Below are positions 19,088 through 29,540 of a stretch of DNA of 55,620 nt, one piece after another. The DNA comes from Candidatus Micrarchaeota archaeon (lineage in GTDB: Archaea > Micrarchaeota > Micrarchaeia > Anstonellales > Bilamarchaeaceae). The notes under the pieces are model-generated. The model did no database searches, was not told the DNA's origin, and saw only the letters and a program-made list of their open reading frames with translations. Location of the stretch: contig JAHJBM010000011.1 in the NCBI GenBank assembly GCA_018813505.1, positions 1 through 55,620 of the forward strand, given 5' to 3'. Numbering within the stretch: position 1 is the first letter of the stretch; every line of letters begins with the position of its first letter. Made by a program: the position numbers and the translations under genes.

Positions 19088-19774
19088 ATGCCCGAAAATT
19101 ATACTAAAGACATTCTGAAGCTTGAAAATATCACCAAGTCATATCAAATGGGTGATGACGTAGAGGTTACTGCATTATCAAATCTGAATCTTACGATAAA
19201 ACAAAACGATTTTATATCAATTCTTGGTCCAAGTGGTTCAGGTAAATCAACCCTTTTGCATATGATGGGTCTGCTGGATACTCCAACAAGCGGGAAGAGG
19301 TATGTTGATGAGATAGACACCACAACTATGAGTGAGGATGATATGGCACGCATTCGAGGGAAAAAGATCGGTTTTGTGTTCCAAACATTTAATCTTATAT
19401 CCTCTTTGACAGCATTGGAAAATGTTGAACTTCCGATGCTTCTTTGTGATCAAAATTCAGATCAAAGGAAAGAAAAAGCAATGGAGCTCATGGGTCTGGT
19501 AGGGCTCTCAGATCGTCTTGATCATCTCCCTGGTCAGCTTTCAGGTGGCCAAAGGCAAAGGGTTGCTATTGCACGTGCGCTTGCCAATGATCCGGAAATT
19601 ATACTTGCCGATGAGCCGACAGGTAATTTAGATTCAAAAACTGGTTCTGAGGTTCTTGGAATATTCAGATCACTACATAAGAAAGGAAAGACTATCATTG
19701 TGATTACGCATGATCAAAGCATTGCAAAGATGACTGATAGGATTGTGAGGTTAAAAGATGGAAAAATTATTTGA
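19088..19774 (+). CDS. ABC transporter ATP-binding protein (LolD/MacB-type)
   Basis: [33 protein letters not shown] and [10 protein letters not shown] motifs. Confidence 0.96.
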   Translation: MPENYTKDILKLENITKSYQMGDDVEVTALSNLNLTIKQNDFISILGPSGSGKSTLLHMMGLLDTPTSGKRYVDEIDTTTMSEDDMARIRGKKIGFVFQTFNLISSLTALENVELPMLLCDQNSDQRKEKAMELMGLVGLSDRLDHLPGQLSGGQRQRVAIARALANDPEIILADEPTGNLDSKTGSEVLGIFRSLHKKGKTIIVITHDQSIAKMTDRIVRLKDGKII

Positions 19775-19790
19775 TATTAATGTGGGTGTT

Positions 19791-21305
19791 ATGATGAAAA
19801 CAAAATTTGTACTGTTAATACTGGCTTTATTAGGACTTAGTTTTGCGTCGCTTTCAATATCTGACTGGAGTGTCTCATCTGATAGTTTCAATCCTGGCGC
19901 AAGTGGTATCCTTACTATAGAAATTTCGAATCCATGCACCTCATCTGGTGCCGTGGTTTCGTGTTCAGGTATCGTTTCAGTAAACTCTGTTACTGTGGAT
20001 GTAAATGCCCCCTCTCAGATAGTTATGACTGGAAGGCAGAATGTGGGTGATCTGGAAGCAGGCGGCTCTACAACTATCTCATTACCTTTCAAAGTATCGT
20101 CTTCTGCCAACAGTGCCATTTATCAGGTTGAAATTGTGTTAAGTGGTTTCTCAAGCAGCAGTAGTACTGGTGGGGGGTATGATTCATTTTCAAGGCGCCT
20201 GACGGTTCCAATAACTGTTGCAAAACACCCTGTACTTGACATTTCAATTGACAAACAGGTTATCGGCGGGGTTGACGATGTGGTTGTCACCATAACAAAC
20301 CAGGGTGGCAATGCAAGTGATGTTTATCTTAGCATTGACAGCGAATCTGATGTAGCGTTTTATGGTTCTGACAAGGTTTATGTACCCAATGCAGGTCAGT
20401 CTGTCTCAGTAGATGTAACTATCGATTCACGTGATGCCTTTGACGGTCCGACAAACATTCCATTTATAATAGATTACAGGGACGAACTTGGTATTTCTCA
20501 TCAGGATGAATTGAGTATGAGAATTACTGTGAGAAATAAAAAACTGGATCTTGATTTCCTGCAACAGAGCGATATAATTACCAGGCACGAAGGCACATTG
20601 ACACTGCGGGTTCGAAATGACGGTGAAGAAACATTGAAGGATGTCAGGTTGACATTTTCTGATTCGTCCCTGAGGTTCGTTGACACCAACGAGTTCAAAT
20701 TTGGTGATGTGGCTCCTGGAGAATTTAAATCAGCATCAGTTATTGTTTTTCCTGATCTTACACCTGGCGTTAATATTATGGAAGCGACAGTAACTTGGAT
20801 CGAAAAAGAAGTGCAAAAAGATGAAAAAAGAAACGTGCCTGTGACTGTAACTTCTGATGCGGATGTCGGTGTATATCTTGAGGCAAAACCACTTCCTCTT
20901 ACTGTTGGGTCAGAGCACACAATTTCAGTTCTCGTATCAAATCTCGGTTCTTACTCGATCGAGAATGTGGAAGTGTCTCTATCCTCTCCTGTACTTTCCT
21001 TGCTTGACATATCAGATCGACAATATATTGGTGGCCTGCAACAGGATGATTTTTCAACCGTTCAATTCCTGATGAAAGTAAATGCAACAGAAGCTGGTAC
21101 ATATCCAGCAACCGTGATAGTGAACTATCGTGATCAGTCTGGAGAATGGAAGCAGAAGGTTATTGAAAAAAACATAATGGTCTCGCAGTCTGCACAGTCT
21201 GATGTAAATCCATTGCCACTGCTTGCGGTTCTGGGTGTCATCGCCGTTGGCATATGGTATTTCAAATTCAGGAAAAAACCTGCCAAACCAAACGGATCAA
21301 GATGA
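19791..21305 (+). CDS. COG1361-like secreted Ig-fold (S-layer domain) protein with C-terminal TM anchor
   Basis: Signal peptide, repeated beta-sandwich motifs (VGDLEAGGSTT, FGDVAPGE, YIGGL) and a C-terminal TM followed by a basic tail; the usual position within archaeal MacB-type ABC operons. Confidence 0.8.
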   Translation: MMKTKFVLLILALLGLSFASLSISDWSVSSDSFNPGASGILTIEISNPCTSSGAVVSCSGIVSVNSVTVDVNAPSQIVMTGRQNVGDLEAGGSTTISLPFKVSSSANSAIYQVEIVLSGFSSSSSTGGGYDSFSRRLTVPITVAKHPVLDISIDKQVIGGVDDVVVTITNQGGNASDVYLSIDSESDVAFYGSDKVYVPNAGQSVSVDVTIDSRDAFDGPTNIPFIIDYRDELGISHQDELSMRITVRNKKLDLDFLQQSDIITRHEGTLTLRVRNDGEETLKDVRLTFSDSSLRFVDTNEFKFGDVAPGEFKSASVIVFPDLTPGVNIMEATVTWIEKEVQKDEKRNVPVTVTSDADVGVYLEAKPLPLTVGSEHTISVLVSNLGSYSIENVEVSLSSPVLSLLDISDRQYIGGLQQDDFSTVQFLMKVNATEAGTYPATVIVNYRDQSGEWKQKVIEKNIMVSQSAQSDVNPLPLLAVLGVIAVGIWYFKFRKKPAKPNGSR

Positions 21306-21367
21306 ATCTCAAGACGGCCATTAAGATGAACGAATTGGTACGTCTTGTTGGTCAGGAGATGAAATAA

Positions 21368-22579
21368 ATGAACATTGAGCAGATGTTTAATTTCAGCCTT
21401 AGATTCCTTATGCACCAAAGGTTGCGTTCATTCCTTACTGTGCTAGGCATAATAGTTGGCATTTCATCAATTGTCCTTCTGGTCGGATTGGTGCAGGGTC
21501 TTAAACAGGATATACTTGTGCAACTTGAGGACTTTGGTCCAAGAACCATAATCATCTCCCCGGTAAATATGCAGGGTGGTGGGTCAATAGGTCCTGGTTC
21601 TTCTTTTACCCCGACTTCTGGCAAGCTTTTTGAAAAAGATTATGAACGAATAAAGCGAATGCCAGAGATCAAGACTATCACAAAAGTTATCACTGGTCAG
21701 ATCACAGTCGAATTCAAGGATCAATCAATAAGCAGTCAGGTCTATGGTATAGAAGCGGATGTTTTCATGGATACGCTTTCTGTTGAAGTGGACTCTGGTC
21801 GCTTTCTGAGTGCAAGTGATGGTGCTGTTGCCGTACTTGGATCAAAAGTTGCAGAGAGTTTTGATGAGGATGTTCATACTCAGTCCAATATAAATCTCGG
21901 GGGAAAGACATTCAAGATTATCGGAATCCTCAAATCAACTGGAAATTCGTTTGCACCTATTGATAATACAATTATGATCCCGTTTGATCAAGCAAAGGAT
22001 CTTTTTTCCGAAAGGCTGCTTGATGATGAGATATCTGCAATACGTTTGACTCTTGACGAGGGTACTGATGTTGATGCCGCTGCCATTGAAGTTGAGGATA
22101 TAATGATGGCATCTCATCGCGTTACTGAGGATGAAAAAGATTTTGGGGTTATAAGTCCCACGTTCATAAATCAGCAGTTCAGCAGCATACTTGACCTTCT
22201 TGCAGTTTTTCTTGGGGCAATAGCTTCAATATCACTGATTGTCGGTGGCATAGGTATATCGAACACCATGTTCATGAGTGTAATGGAACGCAGGACAGAA
22301 ATCGGTACTATGAAAGCCGTTGGCGCGACCCAAAATCAGATCAGGAATATCTTTCTGGTTGAAAGCAGTATTATCGGCCTTTTGGGTGGATTGCTAGGTC
22401 TCTTGCTGGCTGCAGTTCTTGGTTTTATTATATCTCTTTTGGGAGTAACATTCATTTTTGATATTTACGTAACAATCGGCGCGCTTTTGTTTTCAGTACT
22501 TGTAGGCATTATATCAGGTACATTTCCGGCAACAGAAGCTGCAAAAGTTGATCCGATAGTTGCATTGAGGTATGAGTGA
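21368..22579 (+). CDS. ABC transporter permease (MacB/FtsX family)
   Basis: RSFLTVLGIIVG, GGIGISNTMFMSVMERRTEIG and DPIVALRYE motifs. Confidence 0.95.
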   Translation: MNIEQMFNFSLRFLMHQRLRSFLTVLGIIVGISSIVLLVGLVQGLKQDILVQLEDFGPRTIIISPVNMQGGGSIGPGSSFTPTSGKLFEKDYERIKRMPEIKTITKVITGQITVEFKDQSISSQVYGIEADVFMDTLSVEVDSGRFLSASDGAVAVLGSKVAESFDEDVHTQSNINLGGKTFKIIGILKSTGNSFAPIDNTIMIPFDQAKDLFSERLLDDEISAIRLTLDEGTDVDAAAIEVEDIMMASHRVTEDEKDFGVISPTFINQQFSSILDLLAVFLGAIASISLIVGGIGISNTMFMSVMERRTEIGTMKAVGATQNQIRNIFLVESSIIGLLGGLLGLLLAAVLGFIISLLGVTFIFDIYVTIGALLFSVLVGIISGTFPATEAAKVDPIVALRYE

Positions 22580-23802
22580 TGAAATCCAATGACATCCTGA
22601 TGTATGCGGTGAAGAACATTACGAAAAGACAGTTACGCAGCTGGCTTACTATCATCGGTATGGTCATTGGCGTAATCGCAATTGTTGTCATACTGTCAAT
22701 AAGTGAGGGATTTAACCAAGATATACTTACTCAACTTAGTGCTTTTGGCGCGGATCAGATCATAGTTATGCCTGTTTCATCTTTGGAAGGTTCTTTTGGT
22801 GGTTCTGGTGTGGGGAGTGCACCTACGAGCGGAAAAATATTGGAAGAGGATGTGGATGATATTCGGAGCATTCCGGGAGTGAAAACCGTTGTCCGCACTC
22901 TTTACGGGAGGGCAAGTCTTTCATTCAAGGGAAAAGACATAACTGCGACGATATATCCGACGGATGTTGCAATGTTTGATATGTATGAAGGATATATGGA
23001 ACTGGAATCCGGTCGCATGTATAAGGAAGGCGAGCGCAATGTTGCTGTGTTTGCTGCTGACGCATCAACCGAGTTGTTTGGCAAGGATAAAGTGAGTGTG
23101 GGCAGCGTGGTTCAATTAAACGAAAAGAATTATCGTGTTGTGGGTGTCCTGAAAAAAATAGGCACCAGCCTTTCACAGACTGATGATAAGGCGATCTATG
23201 TACCATTTGAAGATGGTAAGGATCTTTTCAAAGGGCAGTTCCTGGATGATGAAATTGGATATGCAATGGTGCAGATCAATGAAGGTTTTGAAGCAAACCA
23301 GATCAAGGATGCAATAGAGCAAAAACTAATCGCAAATCATCATGTGCGGGAAGATGAAAAGGATTTCTCGGTAATCACATCAGATCAGATAATGGAAATG
23401 GTCAGTAGCGTGCTTTTGACTTCCCAGATCGTGCTTGGTGCCATAACCCTGATCTCTTCTGTTGTCGGGGCAATAGGTATTTCAAATACGATGTTCATGA
23501 ACGTTCTCGAGCGCGTTAAGGAAATAGGTATTCTGAAATCTGTTGGCGCAACAAGAAAGGATATCCTGTCACTATTCTTGACCGAAAGTGCAATAATCGG
23601 GCTTATCGGTGGTTCAATCGGCCTGATGCTTGGTTATGGTCTTCTTGAACTTCTTGTGAGCATTTTTGATGTGCCTGCGTTGCTTACTGTCAATATAATA
23701 GCATTTGTTTTCCTGTTTTCGGTTGGCACTGGTCTTGTTGCCGGTTTCCTTCCTGCATACAGGGCCGCAAAACTTGATCCTGTTGAAGCTCTGAGATTGT
23801 GA
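22579..23802 (+). CDS. ABC transporter permease (MacB/FtsX family)
   Basis: RSWLTIIGMVIG, GISNTMFMNVLERVKEIG and LDPVEALR; TGATG overlap with the upstream gene. Confidence 0.95.
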   Translation: MKSNDILMYAVKNITKRQLRSWLTIIGMVIGVIAIVVILSISEGFNQDILTQLSAFGADQIIVMPVSSLEGSFGGSGVGSAPTSGKILEEDVDDIRSIPGVKTVVRTLYGRASLSFKGKDITATIYPTDVAMFDMYEGYMELESGRMYKEGERNVAVFAADASTELFGKDKVSVGSVVQLNEKNYRVVGVLKKIGTSLSQTDDKAIYVPFEDGKDLFKGQFLDDEIGYAMVQINEGFEANQIKDAIEQKLIANHHVREDEKDFSVITSDQIMEMVSSVLLTSQIVLGAITLISSVVGAIGISNTMFMNVLERVKEIGILKSVGATRKDILSLFLTESAIIGLIGGSIGLMLGYGLLELLVSIFDVPALLTVNIIAFVFLFSVGTGLVAGFLPAYRAAKLDPVEALRL

Positions 23803-23883
23803 GTTTCGTTGGTTTTGATGTCATGGATTTTTGATTTATGACAAAGTTCTGTTTTTTATTTATTACCAATATGAATACCATTT

Positions 23884-25041
23884 ATGTCTACTGATCATGA
23901 TTACAATAAAGAATCCCTAGAGATCCACAGGAAAATCAAAGGTAAGCTTTCCATCTCAGCAAAAACGCCGATAAAAAATATGCATGATATGTCAGTGCTG
24001 TATACTCCTGGTGTTGCAGAACCCTGCCGTCATATCGCAAAAGACAAGGTGCTTGCATATGATCTGACAATGAAGCACAACACCGTCGCTATCGTAAGCG
24101 ATGGTACTCGTGTTTTAGGTTTGGGGGATATTGGTCCAGAAGCAGCATTGCCGGTGATGGAAGGGAAGGCGCTGATCATGCAACAATTTGCAGGTATAGA
24201 TGCGTTCCCAGTTTGTCTCGATGAAAAAGACTCAGATAAAATTGTCGAAATAGTAAAAGCGATTGCTCCTAATTTTGGTGCAATAAATCTTGAAGATATT
24301 TCGACTCCAAAAGTATTTCATATCGAGGCGCGGCTTATCAAAGAACTTGACATTCCGGTATTTCATGATGATCAGCACGGTACTGCGGTGGTTGTCTTAG
24401 CTGGCTTGATCAATGCAATGAAACTGACCAAAAAAACAAAAATCGAAAGCGTGCAAGTCGGCATCATTGGTTCAGGCGCAGCAGGTTACGGCATAGCACG
24501 TCTTCTCCATGCGTACGGCTTCAGAAATGTCGTTGTCTTTGACAGCAAAGGTGCGTTACACAATGGCAGAACCGATCTGGTCGATTATAAAAAAGATCTT
24601 GTAATATTCACAAATCCATCTGATTTCAAAGGGAAAATATCAGAGTTCAAGGATGCAGAAATCATAATCTCAGCCGCATCTCCAGGTGCACTTCCAATAG
24701 AAACCATACGCGCCATGAAAAAGCCGAATATTGTTTTCGCTCTTGCAAATCCGGTTTCAGAAATTTCGTTAGAACAAGCAAAAGAACTCGGAATTGATAT
24801 TTTTGGCACAGGTAGAAGCGATTGTCCGAACCAAATAAACAATTCATTGTGTTTTCCTGGATTTCTTCGTGCTCTTCTAGATTTGCGTATCACCAAGATT
24901 ACAGATAAAATGAAGATTGCCGCAGCCAAAGGGATTGCTGCAAGTTTGCCAGAATCCCAGTTGTCAAAAGATAGAATAGTTCCTGATCCATTTGAACCGT
25001 CTCTGGCTGAAAACATAAAAAAAGCAATCTCGGGTCTATAA
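23884..25041 (+). CDS. NAD(P)-dependent malic enzyme
   Basis: YTPGVA, DGTRVLGLGDIG, PVMEGK, INLEDI, FHDDQHGTA, ALANP and TGRSD.PNQINN motifs. Confidence 0.95.
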   Translation: MSTDHDYNKESLEIHRKIKGKLSISAKTPIKNMHDMSVLYTPGVAEPCRHIAKDKVLAYDLTMKHNTVAIVSDGTRVLGLGDIGPEAALPVMEGKALIMQQFAGIDAFPVCLDEKDSDKIVEIVKAIAPNFGAINLEDISTPKVFHIEARLIKELDIPVFHDDQHGTAVVVLAGLINAMKLTKKTKIESVQVGIIGSGAAGYGIARLLHAYGFRNVVVFDSKGALHNGRTDLVDYKKDLVIFTNPSDFKGKISEFKDAEIIISAASPGALPIETIRAMKKPNIVFALANPVSEISLEQAKELGIDIFGTGRSDCPNQINNSLCFPGFLRALLDLRITKITDKMKIAAAKGIAASLPESQLSKDRIVPDPFEPSLAENIKKAISGL

Positions 25042-25282
25042 TTGGAATTTTTTTGTTTTGTGCCTATTGATTTATTATGTCTTATACATTATCTTGTGGA
25101 TTCCAACTCCTACATGGCACATCTCAAAATACTATATGATGATGCTTCTAACTTGACTTCGTCACTTAACTTCTTCAGGTATTTCATCGCTTCTATCCAG
25201 GATTCTTATCTGACACAGTAATCCAGTATTCAGTTGTCTGTTTCTGGTTTTGCATTGACTGAACACAGGACACTGAACACTC

Positions 25283-25335
25283 TATGCTGTGTCGGCAGTA
25301 TGTGTTTTCTCAAGTGTAACTGGCGAACTTAAGTT
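25283..25335. repeat. dispersed repeat, copy 1 (30-bp and 19-bp blocks also present, inverted, at 55420-55615)
   Basis: 25283-25312 is the exact reverse complement of 55586-55615; 25317-25335 is the exact reverse complement of 55420-55438. Confidence 0.9.
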
Positions 25336-25441
25336 CTAATCTGGGTTGTAATTTTACCCACATCTCCACAATTATGTTACCTATATAAATGTTGTCCGAT
25401 CATTTTTATCAACCAGTTATGTTTATTGGAAATTTGTTTAT

Positions 25442-28400
25442 ATGGTGCAATCCTCGGTGAACCACATGAGATTCATAAGACCTATCTGTTATCTGGTTGT
25501 TTTGTTACTAATATTATTTACATTTCCAGTTGCACATGCTCAGGATGCTGTATATGACGGCGTACTTGGTGCTCCTAAATGTTCTGGCAGTAGTTCGCCA
25601 TGTATTGCTGCTTCTGCATTACTTATATCTAGAGATAGTATGGGGGGTACGCAAGAACCAAACCAACCAAACACTCTGGATGGGTGTACTGATGGTGGTA
25701 CTGGGAATTATGGTTCTGAGGAATCAGTGGAAAATATAACTATTACTGATCTTGATACTTCTAATTTTGCAGGTGGGGATAATGTAAGGGTGACTGTGGG
25801 TTACCATGCTTTTGAATCTTCTGGGGTTGGTGATTATGTCTCTGTGTGGTATACTAATTCTACCTCTTCCATAACTTGGCAATTTATCGGTACGTTTGCT
25901 CTTTCAGATGGTAGTTATGCTACTCATGATTTTGACTTTGTTTTGGATGATGTTGTTGGAGAGCACGCCGTGAGAGCACAAATAAGGTATAACGGGGCTG
26001 ATAGTTCATGTTTACTTGGGGCATATGACGACAATGATGATCTTGTATTCCAGGTGGATGCAGGAGAAGTTATACCAGATACAAGAATAAATATCACTGG
26101 TTGTACTGAAATTTCTTCGAATGGTTCATACAAACTCAATCAAATTCTTTCTGGTGCGAATATATCAGCTACACCCTACTCTGATCTTGCCTGCCTTAAG
26201 ATTACTACCTCCAATGTTGCAATAAGTTGTGAGGGGTACAATATTTCAAATAACGGAACTACTGGTACTACATTTGGTATTCTTATCAACGGTACTGTGG
26301 ATATGCAATATAACAACATAACCATTGAGAATTGTCCAAATATTTCAGTATATACATACGGTGTTTATTCTTCATTTGCAAATGTTACTCTCTCGAATTC
26401 AACTATATTCAACAATACCTATAACATGTATCTTAATGCTTCAAATACTTCTGCATCCTCATACACTTTGTATAATGCGGATCTATTCGATCTCATAATA
26501 AATAATTCTGGAGGATCAGATCAAATAGTAAATATCAGTAGCATGATATTTGATAATTCTGCCGGAGGGCTCGTAGACTACACAACCATTTCCCTGAATG
26601 ATACTGTGTCTTCAGGTTCAGCATATTCTTTGAATTGGTCAGCCATTCCATTCACTCTACCAACAAACTACAATTCGTTTGAAAACAAATATTTGAATTT
26701 ATCTACTATTTCAGGCACAGTTTCCATAGAACAAATATTATGGCATTGGACGAATGCAGAAACTATAGGATATACAGAATCGCAACTTCAACTTTATGGT
26801 TATAGTGCATCAATATGGGATCAGCTTAATGATAGTCCAGATACCACTGAACATACATTAGGTTTAACTGATTTGGTTCCAGGTACTGTTTACGGTATCC
26901 TGGAATCTCCGACTCCATCCGGTTGTCAGCTCATAGATGCTCCTGGAATATACACTCTAAATATCGATGCCACTGGAGCTCCAACTGATTATGACATATT
27001 TACTGCTAGTGCATGTATTGTAATTGATAGTTCTGATGTTGAACTTAATTGTGATGGTCATAGTATAACTGGTGATGATACTGGTACTTATCAGACAAAA
27101 GTTGGAATATTCGCTGGGGATTTAGCATCATTGCAAAACATTACCATAAGAAATTGCCCTAACATATCATCTTATACTGTAGGTTTGTATACTTATTCAA
27201 TCAATGAAAGTTCATTTAGCAATATAACTATCTACAATACCACAGGTATAGTTACTTATGGTGCCTATCTTTCCGTATTTTCATACAGCGATGTTAGTAA
27301 TCTAACTGTCTATAACACAACTGGAAACGGAATAGATATTTACGGATCAAACGTTACTTTTTCTGATACTTTAGTGTATGATTCTGATGCTTATGGTATC
27401 TATGTCAATGGGTTTGCATCTAATCATACCTTTAGTAATGCCACTGTTCATAGTTCGGTTGCAGGTATACACACTGCATCATATCTGACAAACATTAGTG
27501 TTGCGCACTTATATAACAACACTGTTGATTTGGAATTATATGGTGGTACTGCAGATGTAATTATTTACCTTGATAATGTTGTATTTGATTCTGCATCTGG
27601 AACTTATGTTAATTACACTAACCTATCTATGTCAGATACTCTCCCAGAAGATATGATGTATGGTGGCGAGAGATACACAATAACCCACACGACTAATTCA
27701 TCTACACTTCCAACTGATTATTCGAGTTTTGCGCAGAAATTCATAAATATCACAAATACTTCGAGACCTGTTTCTATTGATTCCATAAGTTGGACTTGGT
27801 TGGAATCTGAACTTACTGGCTACACTGAAGCCGATTTTGAACTTTGGAAATACGATGCTTCTGGTTGGACTTTGCTAAATGACACTCCAGATACAACTAA
27901 CAATATAATTACCCTTTCTGCTTTGGTACCTTCAGGTGAATATGCTATTCTTCTGAACGACACTGCCTCAGATAGCACCTATCCAACAATATCATTAGAA
28001 TACCCAGAAAACACAACCTACAGTACAAATGAAAGCTTACCCTTGAATTATACTGTAGCAGATGAAACTGCAATTGATTCATGTTGGTATTCTCTTGATG
28101 ATGGAGCTTCAGTTTCATTAGCTGGTTGTACTAACACAACCTTCAATGTTGTTGCAGGTGATGGATGGCATAACATAACTGTCTATGTCAATGATTCAGC
28201 AAACAACACAAATTCAACAATTCAATATTTCTCAATAGATAGCACCTATCCAACAATATCATTAGAATACCCAGAAAACACAACCTACAGTACAAATTCT
28301 ATAGCATTACAATATCTCGTATCAGACAGCAATTTAGATTCTTGTTGGTATAATCTTAACGGAGAATCAAACACAACTTTGGCAGGTTGTGGAAATACAA

Positions 28401-29515
28401 CACTGACATTAGCAAATGGTGGCTATAGTCTAACTATTTATGCGAACGACAGTGCAAACAATACTAATTCATCATCGATTCACTTTACTGTGAATTATTC
28501 ACCAACCGTGGATGGTCAAATTGAAACATCTGATGAATCATCTTCAAAGCCAGAGGCATCATTAAGCTGGGAAAATATTTGTCCAGATAATGAATTAGAA
28601 GTCACTATAAAAAGAGGTTCTGCTATTTCAGGTGCAACAATAAAACTTATTTTGGTGGATCCATATGCTGGCATCATAGATACAAAACTAACTGACGGTA
28701 CTGGAAAAACATTATTCGCATTAGAACGATCAGGGACCTATAGATTAATTGTATCACATTCGAGTTATACGTTTGATAATCCATATGAATTTGATTATGC
28801 GATGTGCCGGGAGTGCATTGTTGATTCAGAATGTGATGCTGGCTTTGAATGTGTTGAGGGTGCATGCAGTGGGACACTAATTCCTGATACTGTTGAATGT
28901 ATTTTGGATTCAGATTGTCTTTCTACTGAAACCTGTACTAATTCAGTATGTTTACCTGTTCAACTGGGCCAATGCGGTTATATTGCAAATCACAGCTGGT
29001 ATGATTATGAATGTTGCACAAACTCGCAATGCAATGACGGGTATAAGTGCGTTGGTCACACTTGCATTCCATTAGAAATGGAGAATATGACAGTAAAAAT
29101 CTCATTTCCGACAGTACTGGAGCTTAATACTTCTCTTGAACAAATACTACCTGCAGGAACTGAAAACATCACTGTCAGAATATGGATCGATTCAGAAATA
29201 TGTAGTGAATGTGTCGTTGGAATACTGACTCTCAATGGCCGAGAATTCTCGGGAATTACTGATACTGATGGTTTCATTTCATTTCATTTTGCTGGTGATG
29301 GAATTTACAAATTCATATTGGTGGATACTGAAGGTGGATCTACGCGGGAATCATTCTTGAACATCTCAGTAGAATCAATACCATTGGTTAATCCTCCAAC
29401 CTTAGAAGATGAGCCAAAGACCTGGATTACGATATCCTCATATCTTGGCCTAGGTTTTATCCTTATCATTCTGATTATACTCTTGATCTATTGGAAGAAT
29501 AAGAAGAAAAAATAA
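25442..29515 (+). CDS. large cell-surface protein (beta-helix repeats, Ig-like domains, Cys-rich module, C-terminal TM)
   Basis: Signal peptide ending VAHA; NosD/PbH1-like N-I-T-I repeats; many N-x-S/T sequons; two DSTYPTISLEYPENTTY Ig units; C-terminal TM followed by KNKKKK. Confidence 0.85.
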   Translation: MVQSSVNHMRFIRPICYLVVLLLILFTFPVAHAQDAVYDGVLGAPKCSGSSSPCIAASALLISRDSMGGTQEPNQPNTLDGCTDGGTGNYGSEESVENITITDLDTSNFAGGDNVRVTVGYHAFESSGVGDYVSVWYTNSTSSITWQFIGTFALSDGSYATHDFDFVLDDVVGEHAVRAQIRYNGADSSCLLGAYDDNDDLVFQVDAGEVIPDTRINITGCTEISSNGSYKLNQILSGANISATPYSDLACLKITTSNVAISCEGYNISNNGTTGTTFGILINGTVDMQYNNITIENCPNISVYTYGVYSSFANVTLSNSTIFNNTYNMYLNASNTSASSYTLYNADLFDLIINNSGGSDQIVNISSMIFDNSAGGLVDYTTISLNDTVSSGSAYSLNWSAIPFTLPTNYNSFENKYLNLSTISGTVSIEQILWHWTNAETIGYTESQLQLYGYSASIWDQLNDSPDTTEHTLGLTDLVPGTVYGILESPTPSGCQLIDAPGIYTLNIDATGAPTDYDIFTASACIVIDSSDVELNCDGHSITGDDTGTYQTKVGIFAGDLASLQNITIRNCPNISSYTVGLYTYSINESSFSNITIYNTTGIVTYGAYLSVFSYSDVSNLTVYNTTGNGIDIYGSNVTFSDTLVYDSDAYGIYVNGFASNHTFSNATVHSSVAGIHTASYLTNISVAHLYNNTVDLELYGGTADVIIYLDNVVFDSASGTYVNYTNLSMSDTLPEDMMYGGERYTITHTTNSSTLPTDYSSFAQKFINITNTSRPVSIDSISWTWLESELTGYTEADFELWKYDASGWTLLNDTPDTTNNIITLSALVPSGEYAILLNDTASDSTYPTISLEYPENTTYSTNESLPLNYTVADETAIDSCWYSLDDGASVSLAGCTNTTFNVVAGDGWHNITVYVNDSANNTNSTIQYFSIDSTYPTISLEYPENTTYSTNSIALQYLVSDSNLDSCWYNLNGESNTTLAGCGNTTLTLANGGYSLTIYANDSANNTNSSSIHFTVNYSPTVDGQIETSDESSSKPEASLSWENICPDNELEVTIKRGSAISGATIKLILVDPYAGIIDTKLTDGTGKTLFALERSGTYRLIVSHSSYTFDNPYEFDYAMCRECIVDSECDAGFECVEGACSGTLIPDTVECILDSDCLSTETCTNSVCLPVQLGQCGYIANHSWYDYECCTNSQCNDGYKCVGHTCIPLEMENMTVKISFPTVLELNTSLEQILPAGTENITVRIWIDSEICSECVVGILTLNGREFSGITDTDGFISFHFAGDGIYKFILVDTEGGSTRESFLNISVESIPLVNPPTLEDEPKTWITISSYLGLGFILIILIILLIYWKNKKKK
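27970..28297 (+). repeat. 61-bp exact direct repeat inside the surface-protein gene (27970-28030 and 28237-28297)
   Basis: agatagcacctatccaacaatatcattagaatacccagaaaacacaacctacagtacaaat occurs twice, marking an Ig-domain duplication. Confidence 0.9.
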
Positions 29516-29540
29516 TAATCAGAAAAATCATCATTAATGT

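Noticed and set aside
18724..23802. PadR/ABC/COG1361/two-permease operon as a novel system
   Set aside because: This arrangement is widespread in archaea; nothing unusual seen
27970..28297. 61-bp repeat as mobile-element ends or attachment sites
   Set aside because: Both copies are in frame and encode the start of successive Ig-like domains
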